The translations under genes were made by a program, and so were the position numbers. Under the pieces are notes generated by a model that was not told the origin of the DNA, did no database searches, and saw nothing but the letters and a program-made list of their open reading frames with translations. Positions 18,157 through 26,270 of a stretch of 64,000 nucleotides of DNA are shown piece by piece (within the stretch, counting starts at the first letter, position 1; each line of letters starts with the position of its first letter). The DNA comes from an uncultured Candidatus Thioglobus sp. (GTDB lineage: Bacteria; Pseudomonadota; Gammaproteobacteria; PS1; Pseudothioglobaceae), in the NCBI GenBank assembly GCA_964577715.1, contig CAZOAA010000001.1, positions 13,396-77,395 of the forward strand. The letters are read 5' to 3'.

Positions 18157-18659
18157 ATGAACATTAACAATATAGATTTATTTGTATTTGATTTTGACGG
18201 TGTGTTGACCAATAACCTTGTTTATACAAATGAGTTGGGAGAGGAATTTGTTGTTTGTAGTCGTAGTGATGGCTTGGGATTTGATTTGTTAAAGGCAATA
18301 AAAAAAGAGTCTTGTATATTGTCAACCGAAAAAAACCATGCTGTTTCAGCGAGAGCAAAAAACTTAATATCCCTGTAATTCAAGGGGCTGGGGATAAGGT
18401 TGATGTATTGAAAAATATTGCAAAAGAGCGAAATATTAGCCTTGACGGTATTTTTTATGTTGGCAATGATGTTAATGATTATTATGCTATGGATATTTGC
18501 GGTTATACAGCTTGCCCATCTGATAGTCATAGTTTAATTAAAAACAATGTGGACTACATACTTAAAGCTAAAGGTGGGCATGGAATTGTTCGTGAAATAT
18601 TAGAAGATGTTTTTCAATTAAATATACTTAAATTACTTAAAAAACTAAAAGATGAATAA
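18157..18659 (+). pseudogene. KdsC-family HAD phosphatase paralogue, frameshifted at an A6 run (18357..18362)
   Basis: ORF 18157..18378 (DFDGVLT ... STEKNHAVSARAKN) and ORF 18312..18659 (KKLNIPVIQG ... GNDVNDY ...) are the N- and C-terminal halves of one protein. Together they are colinear with the intact paralogue at 19499..20017. Adding one A to the A6 run restores ...ARAKKLNIPVIQG... Confidence 0.8.
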
Positions 18660-19491
18660 ACCAATATTTATTATTGCAGAGATTGGAATAAATCACAATG
18701 GAGATATGCAGATATGTAAAGACTTGATTGATGTTGCTATTGATGCTGGTTGTAATGCAGTAAAGTTTCAAAAAAGAGACGTTAATCAAGTTTATACACA
18801 AGAGTTCTTAGATTCGTCTAGAGAGAGTCCATGGGGTACTACACAAAGGGAGCAAAAGAGCGGACTGGAGTTTGGAGTTGATGAATATCGAGAAATTGAT
18901 CAATATTGTAAAGAAAAAGATATAGAGTGGTTTGCTTCGGCATGGGATTTAAACAGCCAAGTATTCTTGCAGCAGTTTGATTGTAAGTACAATAAAATTG
19001 CCTCAGCCATGATTGTCTGCGAAGACCTTTTAAGGCTGGTTGCCAAAGAAGGAAGGCACACCTTTATATCAACAGGGATGACAACCTATGATGACATTAG
19101 CAAAGCTGTTGACATTTTTAACGAGGAAGGTTGTTCGTTTGAGCTGATGCATACAGTATCTACCTACCCAATGAAAGATGAAAATGCAAATCTAAAAATG
19201 ATCGATACTCTCAAGCGGAAGTACCAATGCAATGTTGGTTATAGTGGACATGAAGTTGGCTTGGCAGTTTCATATGCCGCCGCTGCTTTAGGAATTTCCT
19301 CGCTAGAAAGGCATATTACCATGGACAGATCTATGTACGGTTCTGACCAGTCTGCTTCGGTAGAATCGGCAGGATTGAGAACTTTGGTGGGAGCGGTAAG
19401 AAAAATAGAAAAAGCAATGGGCGACGGTATTAAAAAAACTATAGAGGAAGAAGGGCCAGTGGCACAGAATTTAAGACAACATTTGAGTTAA
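18652..19491 (+). CDS. NeuB-family ulosonic acid (phosphate) synthase, short form without C-terminal SAF domain
   Basis: IIAEIGINHNGDMQICKDLIDVAIDAGCNAVKFQ, GYSGHE and LERHIT motifs. Only 279 aa, whereas typical NeuB is about 340-350 aa. Confidence 0.8.
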   Translation: MNKPIFIIAEIGINHNGDMQICKDLIDVAIDAGCNAVKFQKRDVNQVYTQEFLDSSRESPWGTTQREQKSGLEFGVDEYREIDQYCKEKDIEWFASAWDLNSQVFLQQFDCKYNKIASAMIVCEDLLRLVAKEGRHTFISTGMTTYDDISKAVDIFNEEGCSFELMHTVSTYPMKDENANLKMIDTLKRKYQCNVGYSGHEVGLAVSYAAAALGISSLERHITMDRSMYGSDQSASVESAGLRTLVGAVRKIEKAMGDGIKKTIEEEGPVAQNLRQHLS

Positions 19492-19498
19492 ATAATAA

Positions 19499-20017
19499 AT
19501 GGATAGATTTATATCTATAGACTGCATAGATGTCTTGGTTTTTGACTTTGACGGTGTATTGACTGATAATTCAGTCTATATTGATGAAAGCGGTAGAGAG
19601 CAGGTTAAATGCAGTAGATCGGATGGGTTGGCTTTCGATGTTTTGCGAAAGATTAACAAACCTGTTTGTATTATCTCTACTGAAAAGAATTCCGTTGTCT
19701 CTTCTAGAGCTGCAAAATTACGCATACCAGTAATTCAAGGTGTATCTGATAAAGCAAGAGAATTAGAGAAACTTGCAAATGAGCACTCTTATCAATTGTC
19801 AAAAATACTATTTGTGGGTAATGATTTAAATGATTATCCGGCGATGAACTTATGTGGTTTTACAGCGTGTCCGGGCGACAGTCATCAGGTAATTCAAGAG
19901 TTGTCCACTTTTGTACTTCGAACAGAGGGTGGCAAAGGGGTTGTTAGAGAGTTGATAGAAGAAATCTTCCAGTTAGATCCATTGAAGATATTATTTGAGA
20001 TTGAGAATAAGAGGTAA
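19499..20017 (+). CDS. KdsC-family HAD-IIIA ulosonate-phosphate phosphatase
   Basis: VFDFDGVLTDN (DxDGV), STEKN, GNDLNDY. 172 aa. Confidence 0.8.
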   Translation: MDRFISIDCIDVLVFDFDGVLTDNSVYIDESGREQVKCSRSDGLAFDVLRKINKPVCIISTEKNSVVSSRAAKLRIPVIQGVSDKARELEKLANEHSYQLSKILFVGNDLNDYPAMNLCGFTACPGDSHQVIQELSTFVLRTEGGKGVVRELIEEIFQLDPLKILFEIENKR

Positions 20018-20019
20018 TA

Positions 20020-20856
20020 ATGAAAAATGATTTTGGCGTAATGCAAGGAAGGCTGTTGCCTAAATACCAAGGAAGGTATCAAGCCCATCCGTTAGGGTAC
20101 TGGCAAGAAGAATTTCTTGTGGCATCAGAGTTGGGATTGGATTGTATTGAGTTTATATTGGATTTTAATGATGCCGAGAAAAACCCTTTGTTAGCGAAAG
20201 ATGGAGACTTAAAGATTGCAAATGTGGTCAATAAAACAGGTGTATCTGTTAAAACCATTTGTGCAGACTACTTTATGGAGGTGCCACTGCATACTGATGA
20301 TCAGTTAGTGGCTGATACAAGCTACAAGGTCTTAGAAACACTGGTTGATTCGGCTTCGAAGTTGGGTGTAACAGATATTGTAATACCTTGTGTTGATCAA
20401 TCTTCGTTGAACAGTGAGATTAAAGTCGAACGTTTTATTGGCCAAATAAAGCCCATAATACCAACTCTTAAGAGTAAGAATATTAACCTATCTTTAGAGA
20501 CAGATTTAGCACCAGATGCATTTTCTGCGTTATTAAGAGCAATCGGTTCAGAGAAAGTTACTGTTAATTATGATATCGGTAATAGTGCTGCATTAGGATT
20601 TAACCCAGTCGAGGAGTTGGAGGCCTATGGTGATAGAATTACCGACATACATATTAAGGATAGAGTACTGGGAGGGGGTCCGGTAACATTAGGCGAAGGC
20701 GATGCGGATTTTCAATGTTTTTTCCAAAAGCTAAAAGAGTTTGATTATAGAGGGCCCTTTATTATGCAGGCTTATCGAGATGATGAAGGTGTTGAGATCT
20801 TCAAAAAACAGCAACAGTGGATTTTAGAAATGATGCATAATTTTTATGAGGATTAG
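20020..20856 (+). CDS. Xylose-isomerase-like TIM-barrel sugar(-phosphate) isomerase/epimerase family protein
   Basis: 278 aa. Spaced acidic/His motifs (IEFILDF, LSLETD, NYDIGNS, HIKD) fit the AP_endonuc_2 fold. Confidence 0.55.
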   Translation: MKNDFGVMQGRLLPKYQGRYQAHPLGYWQEEFLVASELGLDCIEFILDFNDAEKNPLLAKDGDLKIANVVNKTGVSVKTICADYFMEVPLHTDDQLVADTSYKVLETLVDSASKLGVTDIVIPCVDQSSLNSEIKVERFIGQIKPIIPTLKSKNINLSLETDLAPDAFSALLRAIGSEKVTVNYDIGNSAALGFNPVEELEAYGDRITDIHIKDRVLGGGPVTLGEGDADFQCFFQKLKEFDYRGPFIMQAYRDDEGVEIFKKQQQWILEMMHNFYED

Positions 20857-21538
20857 TTGCATTATTCTCGCCCGAGGTGGATCAAAGGGTATACCTAAAA
20901 AAAATATTATCGATTTTTGCGGGAAACCGCTAATTGCTTGGACCATTCTACAAGCCTGTAAAGCTGAAGGGGTGAGTGATATCTGGGTAAGCTCTGACAG
21001 TGAAGAGATCTTGGAGGTTGCTGAACAGTATGGCGCTAATACTATTGCTCGACCTGAAGAAATATCAGGAGATTTAGATTCTTCTGAGTCAGCTTGGTTG
21101 CACGCAGTTGATTTTATTGAGCAAAGGTCAAACCATCCAATTGATTATATTCTAGCGCCACAAGCAACTTCCCCATTGCGACACCCTGAAGATTTTTCTG
21201 GCGCTATTAGACAGGTTATACAAGAGAGGTCAGATTCGTTGTTATCTGTATCCGAGATTGAAGATTTTTTTATTTGGAAAAAGGGACGTGAACATATAGA
21301 GTCGGTCAACTATGATTATAAAAATAGAAAGCCTCGACAACAGATTGAAGAAACGTATTTAGAAAATGGCTCTTTCTACTTATTTAAGCCTCAATTATTG
21401 CGCAATGAAAACAACCGATTGGGTGGTGATATTTCATTGTTTAAGATGGATAGATATAAAATGTTTCAGATAGACAATGTTGATGATATTAAACTTTCTT
21501 CGGTAATTATGAAAGGTTTTGGCCTAAATAACTTATGA
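20846..21538 (+). CDS. Acylneuraminate (NeuA-type) cytidylyltransferase
   Basis: IILARGGSKGIPKKN N-terminal motif, 230 aa. Confidence 0.8.
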   Translation: MRISCIILARGGSKGIPKKNIIDFCGKPLIAWTILQACKAEGVSDIWVSSDSEEILEVAEQYGANTIARPEEISGDLDSSESAWLHAVDFIEQRSNHPIDYILAPQATSPLRHPEDFSGAIRQVIQERSDSLLSVSEIEDFFIWKKGREHIESVNYDYKNRKPRQQIEETYLENGSFYLFKPQLLRNENNRLGGDISLFKMDRYKMFQIDNVDDIKLSSVIMKGFGLNNL

Positions 21539-22284
21539 CTGACTATCTTGAGAATCTTTTTTCTCTTAAAGGCAAGACAGCCATTGTAACTGGTGGCTCA
21601 AGAGGTATTGGTGCCGAGATCGCGCTAGCTTATGCTAACTGCGGAGCTAATGTGGTTTGTATTGCTAGATCAGAGTTGGCAGACGATGAGCGACTCCAAT
21701 CGCTTTATCGTCAGTGTGATATCTCCGATGAGAGACAGTTCCAAGAGCTCTGTGAATCAGTAAAATCTAACTATGGCGGCATTGATATTTTAGTAAATGC
21801 CGCTGGTATTAGCCTTTCCGAGGTTGATTCGAAAGATGAATTAGAGCGTTTTACAAAAACTCTTGAGGTTAATTTAATTGCAACCTACCAGTGCTGCAAT
21901 ACCGCCTCTAAATTTATGAAAAATGGAGGTTCAATTATTAACATTACCAGTATTGGTGCTATGCAAGGTTTTCCAAATAACCCGAGTTATGTGGCAAGTA
22001 AAGGCGGCGTTAAAATGTTGACCAAAGCGTTAGCAGTAGACCTAGGAGCTAAGGGTATTCGAGTCAATAATATTGCGCCCGGATATATTAAAACTGACAT
22101 GACAGCCAAGAGCTTTGCAAATCCGGTTGCAAATAAAGAACGAGTAGATCGAATGATCATTCCACGATGGGGCGAAACCATAGATTTGGTTGGAGCTGCG
22201 ATTTTTCTAGCATCGAAAGCCTCTTCTTATACAACAGGGTCAAGTCTAGTGATTGATGGTGGCTGGACCGCCAAAGGTATGTAA
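21535..22284 (+). CDS. Short-chain dehydrogenase/reductase (classical SDR)
   Basis: TGGSRGIGAEIA, NAAG, SYVASKGG (YxxxK). Confidence 0.85.
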   Translation: MTDYLENLFSLKGKTAIVTGGSRGIGAEIALAYANCGANVVCIARSELADDERLQSLYRQCDISDERQFQELCESVKSNYGGIDILVNAAGISLSEVDSKDELERFTKTLEVNLIATYQCCNTASKFMKNGGSIINITSIGAMQGFPNNPSYVASKGGVKMLTKALAVDLGAKGIRVNNIAPGYIKTDMTAKSFANPVANKERVDRMIIPRWGETIDLVGAAIFLASKASSYTTGSSLVIDGGWTAKGM

Positions 22285-22286
22285 AC

Positions 22287-23057
22287 ATGGATCTGCATTT
22301 GCTAAACAAGAGAGTGGTGATTACAGGGTCTTCTGGCGGTATCGGTAAAGCTATTGCAAAAGGATTTCTGGAAGAGGGTGCTAGTGTGATAATAGTGGCA
22401 AGAGACCAAGATAAGTTAAGCAAGACTGCAGCAGAGTTAAGTAAGGCCTATGGTGACGATAAGGTCTTTTTTGCCATCTGTGACTGTTCAAAGGAAGAGA
22501 GCGTGCAACAGTTGAGAGGCTTTGTTAGGAAAACTTGGAATGGTGTAGACATTGTTGTGGCTAATGTTGGCAGTGGTAGAAGCGTTCCAGACGCCATACC
22601 CTCAACCGCACAATGGAGCAGAGTATGGAGTAGTAATTTTGACTCCGCATTACATACTGCGCGTATTTTTACCCCTATGCTAGAAGAATCCAGAGGTAGT
22701 CTGTTGTTTATTTCCTCTATCGCTGGACTAGAGGCATTTGGCGCGCCTGTGGACTATTCAACTGCTAAAGCAGCCATTATCGCTTTTGCTAAGAATATGT
22801 CAAGAAAACTAGCGCATATTCGGGTTAATGTTGTTGCCCCGGGAAATGTTTACTTTGAGGGCGGCTCCTGGGATGAAAAAATTAAGCAAGACAAAGATCG
22901 TGTTGATAGTCTGATTCGCTCAACTGTCCCTGTGAATCGTTTTGCTTCACCAGAGGAGATTTCGGATGCGGTGGTTTTTTTATGCTCTGATAGAGCAAAT
23001 TTTATAACCGGCGCAACTCTAGTAGTTGACGGCGGCCAGACCGTAGGAGTTTATTAA
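22287..23057 (+). CDS. Short-chain dehydrogenase/reductase (classical SDR)
   Basis: TGSSGGIGKAIA, YSTAKAA (YxxxK). Confidence 0.85.
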   Translation: MDLHLLNKRVVITGSSGGIGKAIAKGFLEEGASVIIVARDQDKLSKTAAELSKAYGDDKVFFAICDCSKEESVQQLRGFVRKTWNGVDIVVANVGSGRSVPDAIPSTAQWSRVWSSNFDSALHTARIFTPMLEESRGSLLFISSIAGLEAFGAPVDYSTAKAAIIAFAKNMSRKLAHIRVNVVAPGNVYFEGGSWDEKIKQDKDRVDSLIRSTVPVNRFASPEEISDAVVFLCSDRANFITGATLVVDGGQTVGVY

Positions 23058-23885
23058 ATGTCAGATAATTTATTTCGATTAGATGGAAAGGTGGTGGTTA
23101 TTACTGGAGCTGCCGGCTTACTGGGAAGGCAGCATGCACAAGCAGTGGCGAGTCATGGCGGCACACCTATTTTGTTGGACTTGTCTCAACGCGATGTGGA
23201 CAGTATTGCAACTGAATTAAATGTTAAGTATGGCGTAAACGCATTAGGCTTCTCTGTCGACATTACGAACGAAGAGCAAGTCAAGGAAAATGCAGATTAT
23301 CTATTTAGTTTTTTCGGCAAAATCGATGGACTGGTTAATAATGCTGCCAACAACCCCAAAGTTGAAGACAGTGATGAGGTAAATTTCTCTAGATTGGAGC
23401 ACTTTCCTTTAGATGTTTGGCAGGATGACATAATGGTAGGGCTAACAGGTTCGTTTTTATGTGCAAAGCACTATGGAGCAAAAATAGCGCAAAGCCAAAG
23501 TGGCGGAACGATTGTTAATATTGCCTCAGATCTTGGGCTAATTGCGCCTGATCAGCGCCTTTATAGGCAGGAGGGTGTTGCCGATGATTTGCAAAATGTT
23601 AAGCCTGTCACTTATTCAGTTGTTAAGTCCGGCTTAGTTGGTTTAACGAGATATCTAGCAACATATTGGCCGGACAAGAATGTAAGATGTAACGCCATGT
23701 GTCCAGGCGGGGTAGAAAACGGCCAACCGGAAGACTTTCTGCAGGCTGTACATGCAAGAATACCCATGGGTAGAATGGCACAGCCTAATGAATATCAGAC
23801 TACGCTTTTATGGATGCTGAGCGATGCATCTGGCTACTTGAACGGGGCTGTTATTCCAGTAGATGGTGGCAGAACAACCTGGTAG
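23058..23885 (+). CDS. Short-chain dehydrogenase/reductase (classical SDR)
   Basis: TGAAGLLGRQHA, NNAA, YSVVKSG (YxxxK). Confidence 0.8.
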   Translation: MSDNLFRLDGKVVVITGAAGLLGRQHAQAVASHGGTPILLDLSQRDVDSIATELNVKYGVNALGFSVDITNEEQVKENADYLFSFFGKIDGLVNNAANNPKVEDSDEVNFSRLEHFPLDVWQDDIMVGLTGSFLCAKHYGAKIAQSQSGGTIVNIASDLGLIAPDQRLYRQEGVADDLQNVKPVTYSVVKSGLVGLTRYLATYWPDKNVRCNAMCPGGVENGQPEDFLQAVHARIPMGRMAQPNEYQTTLLWMLSDASGYLNGAVIPVDGGRTTW

Positions 23886-23957
23886 TATTGATAAGCAAAG
23901 AGAATTAGGGGTAAAGAATATGAAAAAAGTTAAGCCGATGCAGGCAAAAACGATGCA

Positions 23958-24200
23958 ATGGCCAGAAGATATGGTGATAACTATAGAATGCTACATGACA
24001 AGACACACGTATCTTTATTTTCTGATTTTGGTTTGAGTGATTTACTAGAGGATGAGGGATTTTTAGTAAAAAATATTAAATATCCATACTTTTATACTAA
24101 GTATTTTAATTCTAAAGAGATAGCAAAACTATTTAAAATGGTAAAACTTCTCCTGCATTTTATGGGAATATTTTTACAATTTACGCCTTAAAAAAATAAA
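23958..24200 (+). pseudogene. Probable 3' remnant of a class I methyltransferase gene (N-terminal SAM domain missing, frameshifted tail)
   Basis: The 77-aa ORF reads DKTHVSLFSDFGLSDLLEDEGFLVKNIKYPYFYTKYFN, typical of a methyltransferase C-terminal segment. A different frame at 24140..24200 reads GKTSPAFYGNIFTIYALKK-stop, which also looks like genuine protein. No SAM-binding motif lies upstream. Confidence 0.4.
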
Positions 24201-24204
24201 TTTT

Positions 24205-25275
24205 ATGAAAAGTTACACTACAGATGGAAAGGTTGTTCACCTCTCGAAAACAGAACAAATAAATGATAAATTGTCTAGAATTTTAGGCAGTAAATTTGTT
24301 GAATATAGGGACGAGTGGGATAGGGCTAACAGATTGGAGTTAGTTACTGAGTTTCCATTATTTTTACAATTAGATATGAATCAAGAGTGTAATTTTGAGT
24401 GTCCTCATTGTATTGTGGGGGATATGAGTGTAGCTAAAAAGTACTACAGTGGAGCTCCATTAAGCTGGGAAAAATATAAAATTATTGTTGATGAGGGTAG
24501 AGAGCATGGCTGTCCATCTATTTCTTTACAAGGAAATAATGAGCCTTTAATGATAAAAGACTTGGAAAAATATATTGAATATGCGCATAATAATGGTTTT
24601 ATGGATATTATGATAAATTCAAATGCTTCACCATTAACTGAAAAAAGAGCTAAATCCATATTAGATAGTGGATTGACAAGAATTAGATTTAGTTTGGATG
24701 CTGCGGATAAGTCTACATTTGAAAAAATTAGATTAGGTGGAAGATATGATCAAGTCATTAGAAATATTGATAGATTTTTGGAGATTAAAGAAAAGGGCGG
24801 GTACAATCTGCCAGTAACTGGCGTTAGTTTTTGCCATCAAAAAGACAATGAAAATCAAGTAGAGTCTTTTATTAAACAGTGGCAAGATAAGGTTGATATG
24901 GTAACAATACAGAAATATATGCCACCTGCTCCAGAGCCAGGATATGACAAGTTTTACCCATCTGCTCAAAAGGATAATGACCAGATTGTAAGTAAGGGTT
25001 TTAAGTGTCCACAACCATTTCAAAGGGTTACCATTAGAAATTCAGAGATAACTCCGTGTTGTGCAGCAATTAGTAGTCAGTTAAAGATAGGGGAAGTTGG
25101 GAAAACAACTATATATGAAGCTTGGAATTCAAAAGGAATGCAGAAGTTGAGAAAATTACATATTGAGGGTAGGTGGTACGATAACCCAGTTTGTAAGGTT
25201 TGTATAGAAATGTCAGACCCTAAGGCAAAATTTTACACCTCTAAAGCAATCGAGTTAGATATGGATTTGTCTTGA
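24205..25275 (+). CDS. Radical SAM enzyme with C-terminal SPASM/twitch-like Cys cluster
   Basis: CNFECPHC (CxxxCxxC) at about residue 62. C-terminal CPQPF ... TPCCA ... CKVC cysteines. Confidence 0.8.
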   Translation: MKSYTTDGKVVHLSKTEQINDKLSRILGSKFVEYRDEWDRANRLELVTEFPLFLQLDMNQECNFECPHCIVGDMSVAKKYYSGAPLSWEKYKIIVDEGREHGCPSISLQGNNEPLMIKDLEKYIEYAHNNGFMDIMINSNASPLTEKRAKSILDSGLTRIRFSLDAADKSTFEKIRLGGRYDQVIRNIDRFLEIKEKGGYNLPVTGVSFCHQKDNENQVESFIKQWQDKVDMVTIQKYMPPAPEPGYDKFYPSAQKDNDQIVSKGFKCPQPFQRVTIRNSEITPCCAAISSQLKIGEVGKTTIYEAWNSKGMQKLRKLHIEGRWYDNPVCKVCIEMSDPKAKFYTSKAIELDMDLS

Positions 25276-26249
25276 TAAATATAGTAATTGTAGGTTGTGG
25301 AGAGTTTGGAAGTAGACATTTACAAGCATTGTCTTATTTACAAGAATCATCAAATGTGTTTTTAGTTGATAGATCTGAACAATCTTTAACTGTTGCAATA
25401 GATAGATTTAATAGTGTTTATAATAAAAAATTACAATCATTAGTCAAGGTTGTTGGTGTTAAAAGTATAGATGAGATACAAGAAAATATTGACTTGGTTA
25501 TTGTTGCTACAAGTTCTAAAGATAGATTGTTAACTTTGTCTAATGTGTTGAGTGTTATTTCTCCAAAATATATTATTCTAGAAAAGTTTTTATTTCAAGA
25601 GTCGCAAGACTTTGTTGATGCTAAGTTGTTGATTGACGCGTCATCAACAGAGGTTTTTGTTAATCAATGGCTAAGTTCTAATTATTTGTTTTCTAGAATT
25701 AGAAGTTGGCTTGGAGAATTCAATAAATTAAAAATGACAGTTAGTGGTGGAAATTGGGGAATTTCATGCAACTCAATACATTTTGTGGATTATTTTGAAA
25801 CTCTTATTGGTAAGAGTATTGATACGGCAAGTGGAATGTTAAATAGAGTTTATGCAGCAAAAAGAGAGGGATTTTATGAGTTTAATGGATCCATTGTATT
25901 AAACAGTGGTACTAATTTCAATCTTGAGTTGATTTCGGAGGATACTCATGAGGTTGATGTGAATATTCTTATTGAAACCGAAGATAAAACAGTTAGTGCC
26001 AGCATAAAACCTAATCAACAGGTTTTTGTCAATTTTAAAGATTTTCAGCAAGATGTTGATGAAATTGGAAGTATTCCATTTCAAAGTAAAATTACTAATG
26101 TATTGGTGGAAGAGTTAATGATATTTGGATACTCAAGATTGCCAACATATGAAAAAGCATCAAGACAGCATATGTTATTATTGCCAATTTTTAATAAATA
26201 TATTAGAGAAAATTCTAGCTGGAACGGACAAGGCTGCCCCATTACATAA
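25272..26249 (+). CDS. Gfo/Idh/MocA-like NAD(P)-binding oxidoreductase (divergent)
   Basis: N-terminal IVIVGCGEFGSRHLQAL Rossmann motif, ILEKF in place of the EKP motif, 325 aa. Confidence 0.55.
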   Translation: MINIVIVGCGEFGSRHLQALSYLQESSNVFLVDRSEQSLTVAIDRFNSVYNKKLQSLVKVVGVKSIDEIQENIDLVIVATSSKDRLLTLSNVLSVISPKYIILEKFLFQESQDFVDAKLLIDASSTEVFVNQWLSSNYLFSRIRSWLGEFNKLKMTVSGGNWGISCNSIHFVDYFETLIGKSIDTASGMLNRVYAAKREGFYEFNGSIVLNSGTNFNLELISEDTHEVDVNILIETEDKTVSASIKPNQQVFVNFKDFQQDVDEIGSIPFQSKITNVLVEELMIFGYSRLPTYEKASRQHMLLLPIFNKYIRENSSWNGQGCPIT

Positions 26250-26270
26250 AATACAATTAAAAGATTAAAT

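Noticed and set aside
18312-18356. The N-terminal MYIVNRKKPCCF... of track ORF 18312..18659, considered as an independent start.
   Set aside because: This stretch overlaps the 18157..18378 ORF in another frame and has no counterpart in the intact paralogue. The homology only begins after the A6 run, so a frameshift in a single gene explains both ORFs.
23920-24191. Small ORFs directly upstream of the radical-SAM/SPASM gene (38 aa at about 23920..24036 and 77 aa at 23958..24191), considered as possible RiPP precursor peptides.
   Set aside because: The 77-aa ORF reads like the C-terminal segment of a class I methyltransferase, and a neighbouring frame continues that similarity. There is no Cys/Ser/Thr-rich core or leader-like pattern, and no peptidase or RiPP-type exporter is nearby. 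A gene remnant is the more economical explanation, but this was not tested by search.
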